Part shown: piece by piece, positions 11,014 through 20,014 of the stretch
Position numbering within the stretch: position 1 is the first letter of the stretch
Layout: each line of letters begins with the position of its first letter
NCBI GenBank assembly: GCA_018399015.1
Contig: CP073761.1
Span: 3,010,465-3,074,464 of the forward strand
Origin: Cyanobium sp. M30B3
GTDB lineage: Bacteria; Cyanobacteriota; Cyanobacteriia; PCC-6307; Cyanobiaceae
DNA length: 64,000 bases
Direction of reading: 5' to 3'
The notes under the pieces: generated by a model
What the model was told of the DNA's origin: nothing
The model's database searches: none
What the model saw: only the letters and a program-made list of their open reading frames with translations
Position numbers and translations under genes: made by a program

Positions 11014-12147
11014 ATGCCGGCAACGGCCAGCGACCCCCTGTTGATCCTCGGCGGCGGCCTGATCGGGCTGGCGATCGCCCACCAGTGCGCCCGCCGCGGC
11101 CAGGCGGTGACGGTGCTCAGCCGCCGGCGCAGCGAGGCCGCCGGTTTTGTGGCGGCCGGCATGCTCGCCCCCCACGCCGAGGGACTGGCCGGGGAGCAGC
11201 TGGCCCTGGGGCAGGCCAGCCTGGCGCGCATCCCCGCCTGGGTGGAGCAGATCGAGGCCGACAGCGGCCTGGCCTGCGGCCTGCGGCCCTGCGGCATCGT
11301 GGTGCCCTTCGCCACGGCGGCCGAGCGGGACGCCTACGCCACCGCCGCCTGGGGGCAGCCGCTCGATCGCTCCTGCCTGGAACGGGAGGTGCCGGGGATC
11401 GGCCCCCGCTGGCAGGCGGGGCTGCTCTTTGCCCAGGACGGCCAGATCGACAACCGCCGCCGGCTGATGCGGGCGCTGGAGCGGGCCTGCGCGGGCCTGG
11501 GGGTGACCTTTGAGGAAGGCACGGAGGTGCTGGCCCTGGAGCGCTCGGCCGCCGGGGCCCTGGAGGGGGTGCGCCTGCGCCGGGCCGACGGCGAGGAGCT
11601 CAGCCTGGCGGCCGGGCGGGCGGTGCTGGCCTGCGGCGCCTGGAGCGCCCGGCTGCTGCCCCAGCTGCCGGTGTTCCCGGTGAAGGGCCAGATGCTGTCG
11701 CTGCAGGGGCCGCGCCAGGCCCTGCAGCGGGTGATCTTCGGGCCAGGCACGTACCTGGTGAGCCGGGAGGACGGCCTGCTGGTGGTGGGGGCCACCAGCG
11801 AGCCGGAGGCGGGCTTCAGCGAGGGCCTCACCCCCGCCGGCCAGCGGCAGCTGGAGGCGGGCATCGCCGCCCTGCTGCCGGAGGCCTGCCAGTGGCCTCC
11901 GATGGAGCGCTGGTGGGGGTTCCGGCCCTGCACCCCCGATGAGGGGCCCCTGCTGGGCGCAGGCCCGATCCCGGGGCTGTGGCTGGCCAGCGGCCACCAC
12001 CGCAACGGCGTGCTGCTGGCGGCAATCACCGCCGAGCTGGTGGCAACCCAGCTACTGGGCCAGGGGGATGAGCTGCCTGCCGCGGAGGCAGCTCTGCTGG
12101 CCGCCTTCCGCTGGGACCGGTTTCAGCCCTCCACGCGCCACACCTGA
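11014..12147 (+). CDS. thiO: Glycine oxidase ThiO (FAD-dependent)
   Basis: N-terminal dinucleotide fold [13 protein letters not shown], then [10 protein letters not shown] and a [16 protein letters not shown]-terminal motif. Size and position next to ndk fit picocyanobacterial thiO (dadA-like). Confidence 0.8.
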   Translation: MPATASDPLLILGGGLIGLAIAHQCARRGQAVTVLSRRRSEAAGFVAAGMLAPHAEGLAGEQLALGQASLARIPAWVEQIEADSGLACGLRPCGIVVPFATAAERDAYATAAWGQPLDRSCLEREVPGIGPRWQAGLLFAQDGQIDNRRRLMRALERACAGLGVTFEEGTEVLALERSAAGALEGVRLRRADGEELSLAAGRAVLACGAWSARLLPQLPVFPVKGQMLSLQGPRQALQRVIFGPGTYLVSREDGLLVVGATSEPEAGFSEGLTPAGQRQLEAGIAALLPEACQWPPMERWWGFRPCTPDEGPLLGAGPIPGLWLASGHHRNGVLLAAITAELVATQLLGQGDELPAAEAALLAAFRWDRFQPSTRHT

Positions 12148-12581
12148 TCGGCGGGCGTCCACTCGCTCAGCTCGGAGGGCTGGAACCACAGGCCGATCTC
12201 GAACTCGGCGGTTTCCGGGGCGTCGGAACCGTGGATCACGTTGCGGCCGATGTTCACCGCCAGGTCGCCGCGGATCGTGCCGGGCTCGGCCTCCAGGGGC
12301 TTGGTGGCGCCGATGAGCTTGCGGGCGCTTGCGATCACGCCGTCGCCCTCCCACACCATCGCCACCACCGGGCCGCTGGTGATGAACTCCACCAGACCGG
12401 CGAAGAAGGGGCGCTCGCGGTGCACGCCGTAGTGGCTCTCAGCCAGCTCGCGGCTGGGGGTGAGCTGCTTGAGACCCACCAGCTTGAAGCCCTTGCGCTC
12501 GAAGCGGCCGAGGATCTCGCCCACCAGACCGCGCTGCACCCCGTCGGGCTTGATGGCGATGAAGGTGCGTTCGGCGGCCAT
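12123..12581 (-). CDS. ndk: Nucleoside diphosphate kinase
   Basis: Trimmed to the ATG at 12579-12581: [35 protein letters not shown], and NVIHGSD (catalytic His). It overlaps the thiO 3' end by 25 nt (convergent). Confidence 0.97.
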   Translation of the reverse strand: MAAERTFIAIKPDGVQRGLVGEILGRFERKGFKLVGLKQLTPSRELAESHYGVHRERPFFAGLVEFITSGPVVAMVWEGDGVIASARKLIGATKPLEAEPGTIRGDLAVNIGRNVIHGSDAPETAEFEIGLWFQPSELSEWTPADQVWRVEG

Positions 12582-13101
12582 GGAGTGGAAAACGTCTATC
12601 GAGCTCATCGTCTGCGGCAGAGCTGCCGCTTGGCAAGCACAACCCCATGCCACCAGAATCCCAGCATCTCCGAAACAGCAGGATCTCGTGGTCGAGACCA
12701 ACCGAGAGGGCCTGAGTGAGCTGACTGCGATGCCGCCGGCTTCAGCCTCCGGCGCCCTGGCCATCGCCGACGACGGCTTGCCCGTGTTTCTTCGCCGTGA
12801 TCCCAGCGTGCAAATGCCTGCGCCAATGCTGGAGCAGCTCGTGACCCTGGAGCAAAACGCCCTTGCCGAGGAGGACCAGGCGTGTCGGCCTGTCTGATTG
12901 ACACCTGTGTGGGCTCCCTGGCTCTGGTGCCGCGCCACCCAGCAGAGCTTTCCGAGCCTGCGCTCCTTGCCCACACTGCTGAACACCTACAAAACTCATC
13001 AGAGGGATAGAGCCAAATCAAGCCCAAGCGAAAAGTCAACATCTGGCTCGAACCGGCATCAAGCCTCGGTCCGGTCGTCTCGATCAGGTTTCTTTTCTGT
13101 T

Positions 13102-13122
13102 CCAGGGCACGCAGTGCCCTGG
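13102..13122 (-). terminator. Stem-loop directly downstream of the sulfotransferase gene (possible operon terminator)
   Basis: Perfect 9-bp inverted repeat ccagggcac / gtgccctgg with a 3-nt loop, 11 nt after the stop at 13133. It lacks a U-tract on the minus-strand transcript. Confidence 0.35.
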
Positions 13123-13132
13123 GCCCAACAGA

Positions 13133-13954
13133 TCAGGGCCGTGTCCCGTCAGAAGAAACCACCGATGCATGGGGCCAGCTCGCCTGCCAGGCCTTGAACT
13201 GCCGCAGCCAGTTCTCGTTGAGGGTGTCGGACTGGCGACGAAGTGGGGCAGGCGGAACGGCATGATCGGCAAGGCCTAGATGATCGTATAAGGCGCGGAT
13301 CGTTGCCTCGTAAGCATCGGAAAGATCCTCATAGTGGATGGTGAAGGGCTGGATGCCAAGTGCTTGAAAATGGTTGTCCCAACCTTCATCCCACTTTCGT
13401 GCCATGGCGAGGTAGTGCGCGATCTGCTCGGGCCGAAACGTGGGGATCGATCGTGCCGAGCCTGCGCTGGTCCACTGACCGGTCTGTGCGGCCCTGCTCC
13501 ATGACACCGCTTGACGTTCGTGATCGAGGCGCCGGATCCGTAGCCAGGTGATGGGAGCACCCCAGTAATTGAAATCGAGCCCCCGTGCCAGCAGCACGCC
13601 TGCATAGTCGCCCCACATCACCTTCAGACTGAGCACCCCCTGAGCGCCCGTCTCTCGCCGGCCGATCCGATCGAGCATCTTCACAATCTCTTCCGTGGAG
13701 TAGGCGCTGCGAGGCATGGCCTGACCGGGCGAGCGTGCCTCCAGGATCTGACGGAGCGATGGTCTCGCTTGCAGCATCTCCAGATTCGACAATCGGCGCA
13801 GAGCTTCTTCATGAAACAGTTCATGGGCTCTTCTTCCCATCGCACCCGTCCGGGCGAGCGCGGCGGCCAGCAGAGTGCTGCCGGTGCGGCAGCTGGCAGC
13901 GAGGACAACAACGCGGCTGGGCCAGCGATCAGCGGCGACGGACAACGGCACCAA
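13133..13954 (-). CDS. Stf0-type (trehalose 2-sulfotransferase-like) sulfotransferase
   Basis: PAPS-binding loop VVVLAASCRTGSTLL. The C-terminal block HYEDL...LGL....P..PLRRQSD.LNENW..QF matches the Stf0 family signature as I recall it. TTG/GTG start. Confidence 0.75.
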   Translation of the reverse strand: MVPLSVAADRWPSRVVVLAASCRTGSTLLAAALARTGAMGRRAHELFHEEALRRLSNLEMLQARPSLRQILEARSPGQAMPRSAYSTEEIVKMLDRIGRRETGAQGVLSLKVMWGDYAGVLLARGLDFNYWGAPITWLRIRRLDHERQAVSWSRAAQTGQWTSAGSARSIPTFRPEQIAHYLAMARKWDEGWDNHFQALGIQPFTIHYEDLSDAYEATIRALYDHLGLADHAVPPAPLRRQSDTLNENWLRQFKAWQASWPHASVVSSDGTRP

Positions 13955-15047
13955 TGGGACCCACCAGCCAGAGAAAATGATTCAACCTCACGGGCCAGCT
14001 GGGTGCACTCCGCATCAGCCACCAGGCCATGGATGCCCGAGATATCACCGCGGCAGCTCCCTTCAGGCGCAGCCGATCCGCGTGCACCTTGGTGAGCGAC
14101 AGGCAGCCGGCCCAGGCCTCTGCCGCGAGCCGGGTGGAGCGCCGATCGATGGGAACCCCGTCGATCAGATCGGGAGACAGGTGGGCGGCGGTGGCCAGGG
14201 CTAGGCGCAGGTTGGACTGGCGGCATGCCAGATCCCGCACCCGCTGCAGGCCGCAGCATTCGCTCAGCTCGATGATGTCCACCAGATGGCGCAGGGTTGG
14301 CCAGGCCTCCTTGCGGCCATGCTGGGCCAGGTGCTCCAGGGCCTGCAGGGGCGCCAGGGTCCGCACCCCCTGCCCCACTGCGGGCAGAGCGACCGACTGG
14401 CTCAGGGCCTGTTCGAAGGAAAAGGAGAACTCCCGGCCCACATGGCCTAGGCGCCAGTGCAGATCGACGTCGGAGTGTCTGGGGTGGGTGAGGGTGAGCT
14501 CGTAGCTGAAGCGCACCAGGATTCCCCAGCGCCAGCCATCCCCCTGCTGCGGCAGGGTCCGGTGCTGCTCACTGCGCCGCCAACCGGCTCTGGCCAGGGC
14601 CGATTCCGCGGCACCCAGATCCGAGGCGCGTACCCAGACATCGACATCGCCGCGGCCTCGGGTGGCGGGTTGCCGGTGGCTCAGGGCCGGCAGGCACACC
14701 CCCTTGACCACGAGATGGTCCACCCCGGCCACGCTCAGTGCCTGGGCCGCCGTAACAGTGCCCACGATGTTGGCCAGCCCCAGGAGGTGCTCCTGCCGCC
14801 GCAGGGCCTGAAGCTTCGCCACGGCATCCGGCGGCAGGCCTAGCGGATCAGCCCAGGGGGTCAGCAGCGGAATCACGCGGTGACGCGCGATCGCCTCGAT
14901 CAGGTCGTCGGTGCTGGCGGCGCTGGGAGGCGGCAGCGTCAACGGCGCCAGCGCAGACCCCGGATGGCGTTGCTGCAACACCCGGCTGACGGCCGTCGCC
15001 ACCCAGCGGCTCGCGGCCAACGGAACGGCAGCCCGGGCGGTGCTCAT
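13929..15047 (-). CDS. Nucleotidyltransferase-fold protein (NTP_transf_5-like), catalytic motif retained
   Basis: Trimmed to the ATG at 15045-15047, which overlaps the upstream stop (ATGA). VVKGV..., RGRGDVDVWVRASDL..AE.AL.RAGW is the G-x-D-x-D nucleotidyltransferase core. DVDLHWRL follows. Confidence 0.65.
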   Translation of the reverse strand: MSTARAAVPLAASRWVATAVSRVLQQRHPGSALAPLTLPPPSAASTDDLIEAIARHRVIPLLTPWADPLGLPPDAVAKLQALRRQEHLLGLANIVGTVTAAQALSVAGVDHLVVKGVCLPALSHRQPATRGRGDVDVWVRASDLGAAESALARAGWRRSEQHRTLPQQGDGWRWGILVRFSYELTLTHPRHSDVDLHWRLGHVGREFSFSFEQALSQSVALPAVGQGVRTLAPLQALEHLAQHGRKEAWPTLRHLVDIIELSECCGLQRVRDLACRQSNLRLALATAAHLSPDLIDGVPIDRRSTRLAAEAWAGCLSLTKVHADRLRLKGAAAVISRASMAWWLMRSAPSWPVRLNHFLWLVGPIGAVVRRR

Positions 15048-16009
15048 CGCTCCAGCTGGGCGAGCAAGGCCGCCGGAGCGGGGTCGTCCACCAGCTCGCC
15101 GGAGCCGATCAGACGGGTGCGGAAAGCCTGCGGGAGTCTTCTGTGGCGAGACCTGGCCTGAAGTCTGGCCGCCACGCCTTCCGTATCGCTCACGCGCAGC
15201 AGCTGCATGACGTCGGCCACCCACTGGGGGGAGAGGCGCTGGCAGGGCCGTGCGCTTTCCAGGATCAGCTGCAGCAGCAGATCGCCAGGGTGCTGCAGCT
15301 GCCTGACCGTGCCCGCGACCGCCAAGGGCTGAGCCCCCTGCCAGGCCATCGAGTCGGCCACGGCCCAGGGAGCCCCCAGGCAGAGTCGCAGCGGCTTCGC
15401 CGCGGCTGCGTCATCCGGCCCGGTGAAGCTCCAGTTGTCGCCCGCGGGCAGCAGCCGCCACCGCAGCCACCGGCGCACCCCCACCATGCGGGGCCGCCAG
15501 CCCAGCAGGGTCAGGGCTTGCGCCGCCTCGCTCCGATGCCGTGGTCCGACGGCCATGGTCAGCGTCTGAATGGGCCGGGACCCTACGTCGCCGCTCAGAC
15601 CGACCAGGGCAGCCTCCCCCACCAGCAGGAGCGGAATCCGGCGCTGAGCGAGCGCCTCGACCGCAGGACGGATGCTGTCCCACAGGGCTTGATTGCGCAC
15701 CCAGGTCCGCCGATACAGCCCCCTGACCCGGCCGGACACGCTGTCGTCCCTGGGAATCACGCCATCCCGGCGCACGAGCAGCGGCAGCAGCCGCTGCGAA
15801 GCGCTGTCGATCGCATCGAAATCCACCCGATGGCGCCATTCCTGCCAGGCGTCTTTTGCCACGGTGGGCGTCCCGAAGGCGGCACGCAGCAGCAGCCGAT
15901 GTTCAGGTGCCAGCGGAGCGAGCGGATCAGCCCTGATCAAGGGAGGCGCGGGCCTGTCGGCGCCGGTGATGGGCACGCACCACGGCCAGGAGATCGGTGT
16001 TCCCCGCAT
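15044..16009 (-). CDS. NTP_transf_5-like protein, degenerate subfamily (no D-x-D)
   Basis: It shares an N-terminal HRLLL...AW.EW motif with the gene at 24179-25093. The position equivalent to D-x-D reads TLTMAV. The start is uncertain (ATG 16009 or TTG 15940) and it overlaps the upstream GT2 gene. Confidence 0.5.
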   Translation of the reverse strand: MRGTPISWPWCVPITGADRPAPPLIRADPLAPLAPEHRLLLRAAFGTPTVAKDAWQEWRHRVDFDAIDSASQRLLPLLVRRDGVIPRDDSVSGRVRGLYRRTWVRNQALWDSIRPAVEALAQRRIPLLLVGEAALVGLSGDVGSRPIQTLTMAVGPRHRSEAAQALTLLGWRPRMVGVRRWLRWRLLPAGDNWSFTGPDDAAAAKPLRLCLGAPWAVADSMAWQGAQPLAVAGTVRQLQHPGDLLLQLILESARPCQRLSPQWVADVMQLLRVSDTEGVAARLQARSRHRRLPQAFRTRLIGSGELVDDPAPAALLAQLER

Positions 16010-16643
16010 GCGTGGCCCGCAGGCTGATGTTGGACGTGTGAACCCGACGGCGTGCGACAAGCTCAGGGAGCGTGGCCAGGCGCAGACCCTCGTGACGGGA
16101 GCGTGAAATCCAGTCGATGTTCGATTTTGTTCTGCGGGAGGCATCGAGGGGCCCCACCCGATCGAAGGCCTGTCGCCGCACCATCAGTGCTTGAAGCAGC
16201 TCCACCGGTCGGGGACCGAGCACGAGGCGGTAGCGGCGAGCCACCTCGGGGCCGAGTTCCGGGCTCACGAACTGCTCGACCAGGCCGAACACCCCATCCA
16301 ACTCGGGATGGGCCTCCAGATACTCCCGCCGGCAGGCCAGCGAGGAGGGGGTGCAGAGATCGTCGTGATCAAGAAAGGTCAGCAGCGTGCCTGTGCAAGC
16401 GGCGATGCCCCGGTTGATGGCGGCATATGAGCCGGCGTTCTCCTGCCGCACCACCCGCAGAGCCGGACCGTAGGCAGCCAGGATCTCTGGGGTGCGATCG
16501 GTCGAGCCATCGTCGACAACGACGATCTCCTCAGCCGGACGGCTCTGGGCCAGCAGCGAATCGAGGGCTTCGCGGATGTACCGCTCCCCGTTCCACACGG
16601 CCATGATCACGCTCAGGCGCTCGCCCTGCAGGCCTGTCGTCAT
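15927..16643 (-). CDS. Family 2 glycosyltransferase
   Basis: LSVIMAVWNGERYIREALDSLLAQ, EIVVVDDGSTD, FLDHDD (DxD) are present. Its ATG overlaps the kinase-like gene TGA (ATGA). Confidence 0.85.
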   Translation of the reverse strand: MTTGLQGERLSVIMAVWNGERYIREALDSLLAQSRPAEEIVVVDDGSTDRTPEILAAYGPALRVVRQENAGSYAAINRGIAACTGTLLTFLDHDDLCTPSSLACRREYLEAHPELDGVFGLVEQFVSPELGPEVARRYRLVLGPRPVELLQALMVRRQAFDRVGPLDASRRTKSNIDWISRSRHEGLRLATLPELVARRRVHTSNISLRATHAGNTDLLAVVRAHHRRRQARASLDQG

Positions 16644-17677
16644 GGCACCACCCCCTGCGCGAGGTCCTGCACCGCCGCCAGCACGCCGTCAGGGTGCGTA
16701 CCGAGCCGCAGGCGATGGCAGGGGAGCTCGCTCACCAGGCGGCGCAGGCCAGCCAAAGTGTTTCCTCCCCCTTCCTGCAGGGACCCCTCGACCAGGGAGC
16801 GCAGCGCCTGCCGGGAGGAGACGCGCTCCACGACCGTGCGCTCCTGCCCGCTGATCTCCAGCAAGGCCACCGCCCTCAGGGGTGCGCTGGGGATCAGGCC
16901 GGCAGCCGGGTCGAGCACGGTCTGGCCGGGCTCGATCTCAATCGCCAGGTGCTGCACGGCGGGGAGGCGGGCGAAGGCTTCCGGTTCCAGCTTCGCCAGG
17001 CCGAACACGGGGTAAGCCGTGGGCGACGGGTCGAACCGAACCAGGCAGGCATCATCCGCCAGGAAGCCCAGTCCAGCTGCCAACGCCGACATCGTGGTGG
17101 TGGATTTGCCAGACCCGCTGGCGCCGGCGAGGGCCACGGCACCAGCAGAGGAGGCCACGGCACCGGCATGCAGCAGGGCCATCCCATGGGCGTCGGCCCA
17201 CCAGCCGATCACGGTGCGCAGGGGGGAACGCCGCAGCCAGGCGGGAAGATCAAAAGCCGACGCAGCCTGAACGAAGACCCGGCCTTGCTGCCGGTCATAG
17301 ACGGTGAGCAGCCGCATCCAGCGGTCATAGGTGATGCGCAGCCGGCCCTGGGCCAGGCCCTGGATCGCCCTGGAGCGGCAGAAGGCGTCGTCTCCCCATG
17401 GCGGCGCAGGGGGGGCCACTCCCGTGGCCGCCCGATCCCAGCAATCGATCGTCAGCACCGGGACAGGGGCCTCGGAGGGCTGAGCCTCCCGGAAGGCATG
17501 CGCGAAGGCGGGGAAAAGGTGATCGGCCAGACCGGCTCCGGCGCAGCGCAACCTGATGGCGTGGCCACCAAGGTTGAGGTGCCGCAGCGCATGCCCCGGG
17601 GACGCGGCTGCAGCCTGATCGAAGGCGCGCCCCATGGCGGCAACGAAGGCATCGAGCTGGGCCTCAGTGGTAGGCAC
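16640..17677 (-). CDS. HPr kinase/phosphorylase-like P-loop protein (HprK-related kinase), copy A
   Basis: LHAGAV...GAVALAGASGSGKSTT (Walker A) is followed by GFLADD, as in the HprK C-terminal domain and the lasso-peptide/HPr-rel-type kinases. The GTG start abuts the PqqD-like stop (TGAGTG). Confidence 0.72.
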   Translation of the reverse strand: MPTTEAQLDAFVAAMGRAFDQAAAASPGHALRHLNLGGHAIRLRCAGAGLADHLFPAFAHAFREAQPSEAPVPVLTIDCWDRAATGVAPPAPPWGDDAFCRSRAIQGLAQGRLRITYDRWMRLLTVYDRQQGRVFVQAASAFDLPAWLRRSPLRTVIGWWADAHGMALLHAGAVASSAGAVALAGASGSGKSTTTMSALAAGLGFLADDACLVRFDPSPTAYPVFGLAKLEPEAFARLPAVQHLAIEIEPGQTVLDPAAGLIPSAPLRAVALLEISGQERTVVERVSSRQALRSLVEGSLQEGGGNTLAGLRRLVSELPCHRLRLGTHPDGVLAAVQDLAQGVVP

Positions 17678-18154
17678 TCAGCGATCCACCGCAGGGGCGG
17701 GCAGGGGCCAACCCGCCTCATCCACCTCGTGAATGGGATCGATCAGCAACAGATCCTCGAGATCCTCAAAACCCTGAAGCTGCGGTGGCGCGTAGGGGGC
17801 GCGAGGCTGATGGGGAGGCAAAACACCGTCGGTGCTGGGGCTGCCTTCGGCAGAGCTGGCGAGGCCGGAACTCAGCAGGGCCGCCACAAAGGACTCGACG
17901 TCGGCGCGGGCCTGGGCCTCATCCACCTCGAAGCGGGAGACAAGGGCCTGAACCATGGCATCGATGCCGCCACCAGCCGCAGCCACGCTCCAGCAATCGG
18001 CGCCAGCAGCCTGAATGGCGTAATAGGCCCCAGTCTCAAGATTGATGGCGATCACCTCATCCTCGAGACGCTCGTGATTGATCGCTGGACTAATCGAGAG
18101 ACGATTCATATCCGATTCGCAAAGTAGAAAAGGGCTGGAATTCAGGGGAGCCAT
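17678..18154 (-). CDS. PqqD-family (RRE-type peptide-binding) protein with a long C-terminal tail, copy A
   Basis: The core HERLEDEVIAINLETGAYYAIQAAGADCW...FEVDEAQARADVESFVAALLSSGL fits the PqqD/RRE fold pattern. A Ser/Pro linker then leads to LQGFEDLEDLLLIDPIHEVDEAGWP. The ATG at 18154 is 6 nt after the GT4 stop; an alternative ATG lies at 18109. Confidence 0.7.
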   Translation of the reverse strand: MAPLNSSPFLLCESDMNRLSISPAINHERLEDEVIAINLETGAYYAIQAAGADCWSVAAAGGGIDAMVQALVSRFEVDEAQARADVESFVAALLSSGLASSAEGSPSTDGVLPPHQPRAPYAPPQLQGFEDLEDLLLIDPIHEVDEAGWPLPAPAVDR

Positions 18155-18160
18155 TACGGC

Positions 18161-19285
18161 TCAGTGGACGGCCATGCGAAGGCCAGCGTAGATGGCTTCG
18201 CAGTGACGGACATATCGGTCGAGAGAATACTCCGACTCAGCACGCGCGCGCGCGGCGGCCCCCAGCCGTGCGGCACGCGTACGGTCCTCCAGGAGGGCGA
18301 CAACCGCCCTGGCCAGCGAAGGCACGTCGCCTTCGGGAACGAGCAGCCCGGTGACATCCGCCAGCACCGCCTCGTTCAACCCGGCGCAGTCGCTGGCCAC
18401 CACCGGCCGGCCGGCCCAGGCCGCCTCCAGGGCCACCAGGGGCAGTCCTTCGTAGCGCGAGGGCATCAGCACCAGGGCGCTCGCGGCCATCAGCTGACGC
18501 ACCGCATCCTCATTCTGCAGACCGAGGAACTGGATGGCGTCCTGCAGGCCCAGCTGGGCCGCCTGAAACTGCAGAGCCCTGGCATTGGGGCCCATACCGG
18601 CCACGAGCAGTCGGGCCATTGGCCGCTGCGCCCGGATCGCGACCATGGCCTCGATGGCGCGGTCGAACCCCTTCTGGCTCACGAGCCGGCCCACACAGAG
18701 CAGTTGGTCGGGATCGGGATCTCCTGCCTGGTGCTGCGGTGGCTGGATCCCGTTCGGGAGGACTTCGAGCCGGTCCGCGATCGCAGGGGCGTACGCCAGG
18801 GTGTCATGGAGACAGCTGCGGGAGACGGCAGTGACGCGATCGGCCGACTCCAGCAGGCGCCCCATGCGCGTGAATGACATCGGCTTCAGATGCTGCAGTC
18901 GCAGATGTTGCGTCATCACGTTGTGAATGCTGACGACCAACGGCGGTCGCTGCGATGCCGTCGCCTGCGGCGTGCGCTGGTAGAACCAGAGCAGCGCCCC
19001 CATGTCATGGGAGTGGACCACCGTGGGTTGATACGAATGGAGGATTGCGCGCAGGCGGCGATCTACGGCCAGAAGGGCTCGCGGATCCCGTGCCTGGATC
19101 GGCTGGATCAGATTCAGGCGATGCACACGCACGCTCTCCACCTGAACCGGCCCACCGACCTCTGATGTGATGATCTCAACCTCATGCCCGTGCTCGCTCA
19201 GCAGGCGACAGGCCTGGAGCAGCAGCATTTCGATGCCACCCACACCAGCAGGAAGATAGGCGCTGGTGAGAAAAAGGATGCGCAT
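18161..19285 (-). CDS. Family 4 (GT-B) glycosyltransferase
   Basis: MRILFLTSAYLP..GG.E, and C-terminal PSRYEGLPLVALEAAWAGRPVVAS (E-x7-E region) are present. It is the first gene of the minus-strand operon. Confidence 0.85.
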   Translation of the reverse strand: MRILFLTSAYLPAGVGGIEMLLLQACRLLSEHGHEVEIITSEVGGPVQVESVRVHRLNLIQPIQARDPRALLAVDRRLRAILHSYQPTVVHSHDMGALLWFYQRTPQATASQRPPLVVSIHNVMTQHLRLQHLKPMSFTRMGRLLESADRVTAVSRSCLHDTLAYAPAIADRLEVLPNGIQPPQHQAGDPDPDQLLCVGRLVSQKGFDRAIEAMVAIRAQRPMARLLVAGMGPNARALQFQAAQLGLQDAIQFLGLQNEDAVRQLMAASALVLMPSRYEGLPLVALEAAWAGRPVVASDCAGLNEAVLADVTGLLVPEGDVPSLARAVVALLEDRTRAARLGAAARARAESEYSLDRYVRHCEAIYAGLRMAVH

Positions 19286-19588
19286 GAGAACGATCAAAGG
19301 AACGGGGCGGCAACGAAGGATGGGGTGCGCCTGCCTTGATCGCCCTTGGATGCGATGGCCTCCGGGTGCTGTCTACGGCGATCCGCAAGTGCTACGACCT
19401 ACGACCTCCGCCCATCCTCTCAAATTCAAGCCCGGTGGAAACACAGCGCCGACCATTCCGAGGCAAGCGCTCTTCCCCAACTGAGCAGGGTGCGAGTAAG
19501 TTATCTGCGTCTTCCGACGCTGTTTCGTTGACAGAGCTTGCCGGGAGCGGCAGGCTGAGGAAAAACTAACCCTTCACAATCGGAGTTT
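19286..19588. promoter_or_regulatory. Divergent intergenic control region between the two PqqD/kinase operons
   Basis: This is the only sizeable non-coding gap between the oppositely oriented operons. It has a TTGACA hexamer at 19528-19533 and GGAG at 19582-19585 before the ATG at 19589. No convincing -10 box was seen. Confidence 0.3.
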
Positions 19589-20014
19589 ATGGCCAACATC
19601 CGGTTTGCTGATACCGCGAGATTTCCGCACGATACTATCGACGGCGAAACCGTCCTGATCGACTCCGAGAAGGGACACCTGTTCCTCTTTCTGGGGATTG
19701 GCCCTCAGATCTGGGAGCGCCTGCTCACGGGAGCTTCGGTGGATGGGCTCGTGAACGAAGTGACCGCACGCTATGGAATGGCAGCAGCGGCGCCAACCCG
19801 GGTGTTTCTGGATGCACTCGAACAGGCACAGATGCTCCACGATGGATCCTCACCCTCGGCTGCTCCCGCTACCACCTCGACTGCCTGGCCAGAGAGCTTC
19901 GTGGCTCCAACGTTGGAACGTTATGACCAGATCGCGGACATCATCTCCATGGATCCCATCCATGAGGTCGATCCCAGCAAGGGATGGCCTCACCTCCCGG
20001 GCGAGAAGGCGTGA
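19589..20014 (+). CDS. PqqD-family (RRE-type) protein with a long C-terminal tail, copy B
   Basis: The core HDTIDGETVLIDSEKGHLFLFLGIGPQIWERLL...LVNEVTARYG...FLDALEQAQML is followed by a Ser/Pro/Ala linker, then LERYDQIADIISMDPIHEVDPSKGWP. Confidence 0.7.
   Translation: MANIRFADTARFPHDTIDGETVLIDSEKGHLFLFLGIGPQIWERLLTGASVDGLVNEVTARYGMAAAAPTRVFLDALEQAQMLHDGSSPSAAPATTSTAWPESFVAPTLERYDQIADIISMDPIHEVDPSKGWPHLPGEKA

Noticed and set aside
12582-13132. Island attachment-site signatures (a tRNA or tmRNA gene, an integrase, or direct repeats shared with 54830-54966)
   Set aside because: I scanned both borders by eye and found no tRNA-like cloverleaf, no integrase ORF and no shared repeat longer than a few bases. 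The island borders are therefore defined only by gene content.
19336-19569. Small ORFs in the divergent intergenic region (19336-19569, 19346-19531, 19266-19484) as candidate precursor peptides
   Set aside because: They overlap each other in different frames and have non-ATG or weak starts. They show no ribosome-binding site, and their composition (Arg/Ser/Pro-rich) is unlike genuine genes here. The 7-nt duplication ctacgac x2 at 19392-19405 is too short to interpret.
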